This document shows positions 12,346-22,513 of a stretch of 64,000 bases of DNA, in pieces. The stretch comes from the human T2T-CHM13v2.0 reference genome, Homo sapiens. The position numbers and the translations under genes were made by a program. The DNA is taken from assembly GCF_009914755.1 (NCBI RefSeq), contig NC_060936.1; one strand, given 5' to 3'. The first letter of the stretch is position 1; each line of letters begins with the position of its first letter. Below the pieces are notes generated by a model, which was given only the letters and a program-made list of their open reading frames with translations, did not search any database and was not told the DNA's origin.

Positions 12346-13182
12346 TATTTCTTTATGAAGTCTATTTATAAAGTAGCAAGAGAGAACTTCTGTTTTTAGC
12401 TATCTGGATCAAGTTTAGGTAATGACAGAGTTGACAAAAGCCTCATACTTATTTTTTGATGTATTGAACTTATTTAAGTAATACAGGCACTTATGTAAAT
12501 AAGGCCTCAAGTTGTGGTTACATGCATACTTTGGGGTATACATACCTGGGGTTTACCAAAATCCTGCCCCATGCAGGAGTGCTTGGTGTATAAATGGGAT
12601 TCTAAACATTGTTTCAGAATCTTCCCTCCAACTCTTGCCCCAGGGCAATTATTAGATGTTTAATCTCCAATCAGGCCCTCCTTTCTCTTGTATATTCCAT
12701 AGCTGCCATTTCAAAATTATCATTATTGCAGTCATATCTATATCACTATCAAATTCTTTAAGGGAAAGCTGCACTCCTCCCAACCCCCCTCAACTCCTAC
12801 TTCTTTCTTTGTCCCATCTTCCCCTTCACAGGAGTCATCACCATGAGAGGACCCTCCTACCCTGGAATGTGAGCACAGTGGGAAGGTCCTTCTCACCCTG
12901 TGTCAGCACAGTATTTACAGCTCTTCTGAGACACACCGCTGGCCGCCTCCACTCCCTTCTCTGCCTGTGGGCTGGGTAGTGAGTTTTTCTGTGGGGGAGA
13001 AAGGAGACAATGATTAGCATTCCCTCCCATCTTTACTTCTAGGCTTAAACTTCTTTCTTTAATTGCCAAGTATTAGCTAGAGCATCCCATTTCTGCATGG
13101 CTGACTCCCTCCAATTTATTTTCATCATTTTAAGAAAAATCCAGGGAGAGCGAACAACCTGTTGTGGTCATGCTGGATCATT

Positions 13183-13196
13183 CCACTAGATGGCAC
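13183..13196 (+). promoter_or_regulatory. CTCF core motif
   Basis: CCACTAGATGGCAC fully matches CCASYAGRKGGCRS and lies in non-repeat DNA. Confidence 0.6.
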
Positions 13197-13298
13197 GCTT
13201 AGGTTAGCTTTGCTTCCAGTTTCCATAAATGCAGGATTTTTACAGTGAAGCAAAAGCTGAGTCATAATTTATGTTTCATTATTTACTTGGCTGGTTAG

Positions 13299-14262
13299 TG
13301 AAGGGGTGGGTTGCCCCTCCACACCTGTGGGCGTTTCTCATCAGGTGGAACGAGAGACTTGGAAAAGAAAGAGACACAGAGACAAAGTATAGAGAAAGAA
13401 AAATGGGCCCAGGGGACCGGCGTTCGCATACGGAGGTCCCGCGCCGGCACTGGCCTCTGAGTTCCCTTAGTATTTATTGATCATTATCGGGTGTTTCTCG
13501 GAGAGGGGATGTGGCAGGACAATAGGGTAATAGTGGAGAGAAGGTCAGCAGGAAAACATGTGAACAAATGTCTCTGCATCATAAACAAGATAAAAAGTGC
13601 TGTGCTTTTGATGTGCATATACATAAACATCTCAATGCCTTAAACAGCAGTATTGCTGCCAGCATTTCCCACCTCCACCCCTAAGGCAGTTTTCCCCTAT
13701 CTCAGTAGATGGAATATACAATCGGGCTTTACAGGGAGACATTCCATTGCCCAGGGAGGAGCAGGAGACAGATGCCTTCCTCTTATCTCAACTGCAAAGA
13801 GGCCTTCCTTCCTCTTTTACTAATCCTCCTCAGCAGGGACCCTTTATGGGGGTCGGGCTGGAGGATGGTCAGGTCTTTCCCTTCCCACGAGGCCATATTT
13901 CAGACTATCACATGGGAGAAACCTTGGACAGTACCTGGCTTTCCTAGGCAGAGGTCCCTGCGGCCTTCTCCAGTGTATTGTGCTCTGGGTACTTGAGATT
14001 AGGGAGTGGTGATACTCTTAACAAGTATGCTGCCTTCAAGCATTTGTTTAACAAACCACATCCTGCACAGCCCTTAATCCATTTAACCCTGAGTTGACAC
14101 AGCACATGTTTCAGGGAGCACAGGGTTGGGGGTAGGGTTACAGATTAACAGCATCTCAAGGCAGAAGAATTTTTCTTAGTACAGAACAAAATGGAGTCTC
14201 TTACGTCTACTTCTTTCTACACAGACACAGTAACAGTCTGATCTCTCTTTCTTTCCCACACA
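13299..14262 (-). mobile_element. HERV-K (HML-2) solo LTR, LTR5B/LTR5A-like
   Basis: About 964 bp. The minus strand starts TGTG..GGAAAGAAAGAGAGATCAGACTGTTACTGTG and ends GCAACCCACCCCTTCA (CTTCA end rather than the LTR5_Hs CTACA). TSD GTTAG at 13294-13298 and 14263-14267. Minus-strand AATAAA at 13473-13478. Confidence 0.93.
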
Positions 14263-14734
14263 GTTAGAAGTACTACAGAGTTTTACACTGTTTCAGAAAT
14301 TAAGATATGTACTTTACTGTTGAATCTGACTTAATTATATTGTAATACATTGGGGGTTACCTTATAATGTAGGCAAACAGTAGTAAGCAGGTGAATGCCT
14401 TTATTGGGTCCTCCTACTATTTGTTGTGGTAAATTAAACAGCCCAGAAGGAGCAAAGTACCTCTTTCCCAGAGACAGAGCTTGGGTCTTACTATAGCTCT
14501 CACTGAGACAACTCTATTTTCACCAGTAGCCTCTCTTCTCTTCCAACTCTTAAACAGCACAGCCCGCTGTGCTACCCATTTTCATTGGTCATCTTCCTTG
14601 ACTCTCTCTACTATACAAACTAAGTTTTAATAATAATTTTGGTTATGTTTCATATTCGCTATTACATCTTATGACTTTAATTAAAAGACATATTTTCAGA
14701 AGAAGTGATTAGGGGTTTGGAATAAGATAGTTTT

Positions 14735-17080
14735 ATATTTTTAAAAAATATTGTATTTTATTTTTGTATTACGTCAGATTCAGGGATGCATGTTCAGATT
14801 TGTTAAACGGATATATTACATAATGCTGGGGTCTGGTCTTCTATTGACCTCACCACACAAATACGAAACATCATACCCAACTGGTAGTTTTTTCAAACCT
14901 TGCCCTCCTGTCTTCCTCCCCGCTTTTGGAGTCCCCAGTGCTGATGTTTCCGTCTTTATATCCACGTGTACCCGTTGTTTAGTTCCCACTTACAAGTGAG
15001 GACACGCGGTATTTGATATTCTGTTTCTGCAAAAATTAACTTAGGATAATGGCCTCCCCTGCATCCATGTTGCTGCAAGTAACATGATTTTGTTCTTTTT
15101 TATAGTTATGCTGTATTCCAGAGTGTGTATGTACCACATTTTCTTTATTCAGTCCACTTTTGATGGACACTTATGTTGATTCCATGACTTTGCTATTGCA
15201 AAGAGTGCTGCAATATCATGAGAGTGCAAGTGTCTTTTTGGTGAAATGATTCATTTTTCCTCCAGGTAGATACCTAGTAGTAGAATTGCTGGGTCAAATA
15301 GTAGCTTTTTTGTTTGTTTGTTTGTTTGTTTTAGTTATTTGAGAAATACTATACTACTTGCTGTAAACGCTGAACTAGTTTACATTTCTACCAAATGTTC
15401 TTTTTTGCTCCATCCTCAGCAACATCTGTTTTTTTTTTTTTTTGACTTTTTAATAGTAGCCATTGTGAATGGTGTGAGATGGTATCGCTTTGTGGTTTTA
15501 ATTTGCATTTCTCTGATGATTAGTGATGATGAGCATCTTTTCATCTATTTGTTGACTGCTTGTATGTCTTATTTTGAGAAATGCCTATTCATGTTTTTTG
15601 CTCACTTTTTAATGGGGTTATCTTTTTTCTTTCTGCTTTAAGTTACATATAGATTCTGGATATTAGTCCTTTGTCAGATACATAGACTGCAAATGTTTTC
15701 TCCCATTCTGTAGGCTGTTTGTTTACTCTGTTGATCATTTCTTTTGCTGTGCCGAAGCACTTTGGTCCCATTTGTCAATGTTTTTGTGTTTGTTGTAATG
15801 GCTTTTGAGGTCTTAGTCATAAATTATTTGCCTTGGCCAATGTCAAAAAGAGTTTTTCCTAGGTTTCCTTCTGGGATTTTTATTGTTTGAGGTTTTACAT
15901 TTAAGTCTTTAATACATTTTGAGTTTGTTTATAATTTCTATATATGGTGAGAGGAAGGGGTCCAGTTTCATTTTCCAGCAAATTGCTAGCCAGTTTTCAC
16001 ATCATCATTTACTGAATAGTATGCCTTTTCCCCATTGCTCATTTTTGTCAGCTTTATTGAAAATCAGTTGGTTGTAGATGTGTGGCTATTTCTGGGTTCT
16101 CTATTCTGTGCCATTGATGTATGTGTCTATTTTTGTAACAGTACCCTGCTGTTTGGGTTACTGTAGCCTTGTATATCGCTATAGGTAATATATAGTCAGC
16201 AGATATACCTAATAGTATAGTCAGGTAATGTGATACCACTGCCACTGGTTTTGTTGTTTTTGTTTGTTAGTTAGTTTGTTTTTAAAGCTATTTGGGTTCC
16301 TTTTCAGTTCCATGTGAATTTTAGAATTTTTTTTCTAATTCTGTGAATAGTGACATTTTTAATTTGATAGAAATTGCATTGAATCTGTAGATTACTTTGG
16401 GCAATATCATCATTTTAATATTTATTCCTCCGATCTATAGCATGGGCTGTTTTTCCGTTTGTTTGTTTCATTTATAATTTCTTTCATCAGTGTTTTGTAG
16501 TTGTCCTTGTAGAGATCTTGCACCTCCTTGGTTAAATATACTCTTAGATATTTTATTTGTATGTGTGTGGCTACTGTAAATGGGATTGAGTTCTTGATTC
16601 GATTCTCAGTTTGAAGGTTACTTGTGTATAGAAAGCTGTTGATTTTTGTACATTGATTTGTGTCTTGAAACATTGCAGTTGGTTTTCAGCTGTAGGAGGC
16701 TTTTAGAGGACTCTTTAGGGTTTTCTAGTTATCTTAGGATTTCTAGGATGATGTCATCAGCCAACAGAGATAATTTGACTTTCTCTTTTCCTATTTGGAT
16801 GGCTTTTGTTTCTTTCTTTTGCCTAGTTGCTCTGCATAAGACCTCCAATAGTATGTTCAGTAGGCGCAGCTGAGTGGATGTCCTTATCTTCTTCCAGTTC
16901 TTAGGGAGAATGCTGTTGTTAATTTGAGATCTTCCTATCGATTTGATATAGGCATTTAGTGCTATAAACTTTCCTTTTAACACTGTTTTTGCTCCATCCC
17001 AGAGGTTGTGGTATGTTGTGTCTTTTTATTTGTTTCATTTTTTTAAAAAAAGTCTGCCTTAATTTTGCTGTTTACCCCTA
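14735..17080 (-). mobile_element. 5'-truncated L1PA (about L1PA15-17), 3' UTR plus part of ORF2
   Basis: L1PA16-like 3' UTR. ORF track fragments (…[22 protein letters not shown]…, …[23 protein letters not shown]…, …[13 protein letters not shown]…) are disrupted L1 ORF2. Internal deletion near 16915. Confidence 0.92.
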
Positions 17081-17269
17081 TAGTCAAATTATGAGAATAA
17101 TGATGAAACATTTCATATCTAGAAAGAGGGGAAAAATAATGAGATTATTTAACCTAAAGCAGTGCTATCTATGGCATTATTTAGGTAATGGTACATCCTG
17201 AAAGGCAGGAGCCCTGTCTTGGGTTTCACTCATTTCTTCCTCTGGATAGTGCTGTAAACATTCTCTAGT

Positions 17270-17425
17270 ACAGTCTACTTGTATATCTTGAGCAAATTAT
17301 TAAAACTCTATAAGCCTCATTTTTCTCAACTGTAAAATTGTGATGATAATATTCAGTCTTACAAAGTGCTGGCGAGGTTTCAATTATACAATGTTTGTAA
17401 AGCATATTAAGCATTCAGTAGGGTA
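17270..17425 (+). mobile_element. MIR SINE
   Basis: 'cttgagcaaattattaaaactctataagcctcatttttctcaactgtaaaattgtgatgataata' is the MIR core. Confidence 0.75.
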
Positions 17426-18971
17426 TCAGAACAGAGTGTCTTGAATAGTACAGTAGGGTCTCTAGGTGGAAGGCATTCGTATTTTCCAATTAACCCTCTT
17501 TATGTAGTTTTTAGTAAATGCACATATGCTGGGTCACTTTGCTTTTATACTTTAAGAGTCTTAGCAAGAAAACTCTAATTTTCTGCACATAATTTAATTG
17601 AGAAAGAACTCTCTTATTTGTATATTTGTAGGGAAGAGATATCAGAGCTGGAATGGTTGCAGGACTGGAACATTAAGTGAGATTTTAATACCTCAGAATG
17701 ATAAGGAGTGATTAAAAAAAGAGGATTCAGAAAACACAGTTGAATTAATGGGTATTAGTGACCTTCAGCCTGTGGAAAAATAAATTGAGAAAATAATTTG
17801 ATATATTAATAAAGTATGGGCTTCCTCTTCAATCCACCTAATTTTTTTCATGTAATAATTTGTAATAAGCTCATTTAAACTTTGACAATGGAAATCAAAC
17901 ATATACAATAAAAATGTATAAATTATATCGATCATGATAAATTTTCAAGTTGTTAAGTAAATGTCTTGACTCAGTTTCATGCTGATGATATGTTTGAATA
18001 CCAATCCTCAGTCTTAAAGGTATTGAAATGAAACATTTTTCTTTCAGTTTTTTAAATTGAAAATGTTTCCACTTTATTTCAGTCTTTTTGAATGTACAGG
18101 CATACTCTAAAGTGGCTTCATGGGTTTATGTAATTAATAAGAAGTCATATCATGAGAGAATAAAAATAAATCAGTTTTCTTAATCACACTCTACAGTATA
18201 CTATTTTTATTTTCATTTTAAAGCATTAAGAACTATCAAATGTATTTGGAAAAATCAGCTTACTGAATTTTTTTTCTTTTTTCTTTTTGTCAGAGTGAAA
18301 CATTGGTTGGGTTGAAATGTAGATTTATGTTATCACATTAAAAAAAAACCCTGCTTGGAGTGTCCTAAATAACAAATTAAATTAGTACTATGAAGTGTGG
18401 GCACCTGAATAGACAAATAGTGCAATAATGTTAACTTATTTCCCTTTCTTTATTTCTGACCACTTCTCTGTTTTACAATGGCATTCTGAATTTCTATCAC
18501 CCTTAAAATAGGTAAGTTGATACTGGTCGTAACTTTAATAAGAATGCTTTGTACTCAATAATTCATATCAGAAAAAAATAACTGTCTAAAATACCAGACC
18601 CAGCCTCACTTCCCTGAACATGTTCTCTAAGTTGATGATGGCCTACTAATTACAATTTATGGAAATGAAAAAGTTTTACTCAATTTACTAATATGCTAAG
18701 TAAGATTTTAGAAAATCATTTACTGGAGTCAAGATAAAAGAGGTCTGACACTTGGTATATCCAGAATTCTAATATTTACAAAATGTTTGGAGGCCAGACC
18801 AACAAAATTGGAGAAAGCACAGAACAAAACTCTAAACTTTAATTGTTTGAAATGGGGTTTGGCAAAAATATAAGAAATGTTAGAATTGTTTGACTGGTTT
18901 GGCCTAAGGGAACACTTCCCAATTTTTTTTTATATTTCAAATTTGAGGCAAATAAAAGATATTTATATATA

Positions 18972-19244
18972 TTTTTTTCTTGAGACAGTCTTGCTCTGTT
19001 GCCCAGGCCGGAGCGCAGTGGCAACGATCTCGGTTCACTGCAACCTCGCCTCCTAAGTTCCAGCGATTCTCCTGCCTCAGCCTCTCGAGTAGCTGGGACT
19101 ACAGGCTCATGCCACCACGCCCAGCTAACTTTTGTATTATACCACCATGTTGGTCAGGCTGGTCTTGAGCTCCTGTCCCTGTGATTCGCCCACCTTGGCC
19201 TCCCAAAGTGCTGGCATTACAGGCATGAGCCAGTGTGCCCTGCC
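18972..19244 (-). mobile_element. AluS with internal deletion
   Basis: Alu dimer lacking the 'ttagtagagacggggttt' segment near 19140. Confidence 0.92.
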
Positions 19245-19787
19245 CAAAGAGAATATTTTTAAAAGCCAGAAAAAAAGCCTTAGTAGTTTATTAATCCAAG
19301 AAATGGTTGTAATTTTTACTGAATGCAAAATTAGTATCAGTATTTCTTTTGTCCTGCAAACTTTGTGCAAACTGGCACATTCTCTATGGCCCTGACCTTA
19401 AAGGCTGGACTACTTACAGGAATGATTGAGTGTAAAATCTAGATTTATTTATTTACATAAATCTAGATTTATGTAAAATCTAAAGATAATTTAGATTTTA
19501 CATAAAAACTAATCTATGCATAATAATGAGCACTACATTTCAATGTAAGCCTCAATTTAAAGATTTTCAAGAACTGTAAACAATAAAATACATTTGATAT
19601 CTTTCTTCATATTCTTCACTTTACCAGTGTCTGCTGATATACCTCTAGTTTTCATTTCAAGCCTTATTTAAAATGCTAAATTCAACCAAGTTTGTTACTA
19701 TATTTTGAATCTAAATATTTTTATAGATTTATACCGAGGTCTGGATTGATCTTTTTAGACTGTTAGACTTTAGGATATTTGTAGCAT

Positions 19788-19833
19788 TTATTTTATTACT
19801 ATTATTTTATTTTATTATTTTATTATTATTATA

Positions 19834-19873
<40 letters not shown>

Positions 19874-20111
19874 TTGAGATGGTGTCTCACTCTGTTGCCC
19901 AGGCTGGAGTGCAGTGGTGTGATCTTGGCTCACTGCAACCTCCACCTCCCAAGTAGCTGGGACTACAGGTGTGCACTACCATGCCAGGCTAATTTTTGTA
20001 TTTTTAGTAGAGATAAGGTTTCACCATGTTACCCAGGCTGGTCTAGAACTCCCTGCCAGCCCAGGTCTCCCAAAATGCTGAAATTACAAGTATGAGCCAC
20101 CATACCTAGCT
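19788..20111 (-). mobile_element. AluJb/S-like with (ATT)n-expanded tail and internal deletions
   Basis: (TTA)n tail at 19788-19872, then the Alu body. About 30 bp is missing between two CCTCCC motifs near 19950. Confidence 0.9.
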
Positions 20112-21247
20112 TATAGTATTTATTCTGTTATTGATTTACCCTAGCCATCTGCTTGGAATTAGAGAAATACAAAAGAAAGAAAGAAGGGTAAACAGAGAGA
20201 GCGAGAAAAAAAAAAGAAAGAAAAAAACAGAAAGAGGGAGAGAACAGGAAGATCACATTGACCTGTGCTGTTTTTATTTTCTCTATTCTCACTTCTTGGT
20301 ACAGGAGAGTAGAAATATAGCCTTGATGATGACTGGACACATCAATTAACACTCTTCTTACTTCTCTGACACAGTAGCGAGCTCCGCAACATTAGGAGTG
20401 TTTATGTGAGATGATTGGCAAATGTGTTTTGTAGATTAATTAGAAATGCAATTAAGCCATAAATAAGTAGATGCTGCTGATTTGTGTAAATCTTCTAGTG
20501 AGATCTTTTTCTTTAGTCTACATTGACTAGTCAGTGAAGAAGCTTCATACCTAGGGAATATGTCCTCCAGCTGTTTTCTGAGCAATGGCCGCTTTCACAG
20601 TCATCTATATCCTTCAGATGAGGGTAGAAATACATTTTAAAAAACAGATAAATTATATAAATTATTATGGAAGGAGGATTTATTATGAGTCATATGGCAA
20701 ATGCTTTTGTACAAAAAGGTTGATTTGTAGGAGCATTATGCCCTCCTACAGTCCTAGAAACATTGTAAAAGAAATAGCTATCTAGGACAATTGTAGATAC
20801 TCCTGAGTTCCTGAGTAGCGACAAGTTAAATTGTTGGCCATCTTCTAAATATCTGTCTCTTCAGCTCAGGCTTTCAGAAGAAAAGTTTCCACATTAAAGA
20901 GAGCATGAGCTAGCAGAAATTTTCATTCCTCTCAGATCCAATTCCTTGTCATAACAAATATCCTAAATGAATATTCATAAGTAATATAGCTCATCTACAA
21001 ATATAATTTATAAATCCAGATAATGTCCCATCTGGACATTATCTAGTGTATTTGTTCCCAAGTATTTACATGTTGAAATGTAGAACTTTTTTATCATCTA
21101 GTACATTTCTTTTTGTCAATATGCCTCTCTGAAGTTCTGTGTTATGAACTTGAATTCTGGTTTACAGGAACAGAAAGGCAAGGAAGAAACAATGGCTTCA
21201 ACATTTAGCATATTTTTCTGCATCTAATCTAGATGGTGAAAAGCCAT

Positions 21248-21332
21248 TGTCAAGTATTTTCTCAAATTACACAACTTAAAAAGAAAATGTGATGTCAAGT
21301 ATTTTCTCAACTGACCCAACTTGAAAATGTGA
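21248..21332. repeat. Imperfect tandem duplication of about 45 bp
   Basis: tgtcaagtattttctcaa...aactt..gaaaatgtga occurs at 21248 and 21293. Confidence 0.85.
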
Positions 21333-21557
21333 AAAGTTCATCAATTTTACTTCCTTATTTTTGATATTGATGTGTATGCTATATACAGGGTGGCTGGTCA
21401 TGAATAAGCTAGATATCAGTTAAGTTAGTGAATAAAATGTCTCAGATTTAGTAAATAATGTTTAAATTTTTGGTACAACCATTTTTACAAAATTTAGCAT
21501 AAATATTGTTATCATATGGAAGGTTGAATTTTACTTCCTAACTAGATACTTTCCTGA

Positions 21558-21559
<2 letters not shown>

Positions 21560-21596
<37 letters not shown>
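21560..21596. repeat. (CA)18 microsatellite
   Basis: Read directly from the sequence. Confidence 0.98.
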
Positions 21597-21599
<3 letters not shown>

Positions 21600-21605
21600 T
21601 TAAAC

Positions 21606-21652
21606 ATTAGGTTGGTGCAAAGGTAATGGCAGTTACTGCCATTACTTTTAAT
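21606..21652. mobile_element. MADE1 (Hsmar1-derived MITE), left half only
   Basis: ATTAGGTTGGTGCAAAGGTAATGGC…TGCCATTACTTTTAAT matches the Hsmar1 TIR/MADE1 sequence. Confidence 0.88.
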
Positions 21653-22513
21653 ACATAACACAGAAAACGAATTTGTAGCAATGTTTTCTTATAGAACTAT
21701 GTCTTTAATATATTTCTAATTGTACCACTAGATGGAGATATTTATTAGAAAGTTGTCTGCCTCTTAACCCAAAGAACTGCTTGGGTGGGGGGGAAATATT
21801 TTTTCCATTATATATTCTTTTGGAAATATGAAAAATAATTAAAATATAAATAAAATATCTAATAAAGTTTTCTGAGTTGATCAACTCATCTAAGAGTGAG
21901 AAGACATATGAATATTTAAGCACTATCAAATTTCAGAAATTTTTTTCTATTGCTCTTGAATAAAAAATCTGAAACAATCCTCAGAAATACAATCTGAAAA
22001 GTTTTGGTTCCCTGGAACACATGTCTCTTACCAGTGCACAGATAATAGTGTCATGGGTGTCCAGAGTGTATACATTCTATTCTTGAAAAAATACATTCTA
22101 AAAAATTACAAAGCCAAATGACAGACTTTAGGAAGATAGATAAGAATGTTTTGTGGAACTTTTGTTAAAAGCATAAGCAGATAATCAGCACAGTTACGAG
22201 CAACCTGGCACCATGCTCTTAATGAATGAATGTCTCTGCTAGAGGCACACACTTTGATCTTTTTTCTCAGTCATTTGCATATAATTGCTGCATTTATCAT
22301 GTGGCCAATAGATATTAAAAACATAATAGAAGGAGATAATGAATGAAATTGGACTGAAATTGCACTTTGTGGTCAAAAGGCCAGTGCTGAGCAAACCTAC
22401 TTTAATCTAGAAAATGCCTACTGGTCAGAGTTAACTTCATTTGCTCAGTGAAGGACTGATTCTAAACCCATAATGAGTTTACACCCAGTTGAAAAAGAAG
22501 ATCCTTGCCAAGT

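Noticed and set aside
16054-16983. Reverse-transcriptase-like peptides (also 36467-36760)
   Set aside because: They are fragmented, frameshifted L1 ORF2 remnants, not an active or novel RT system.
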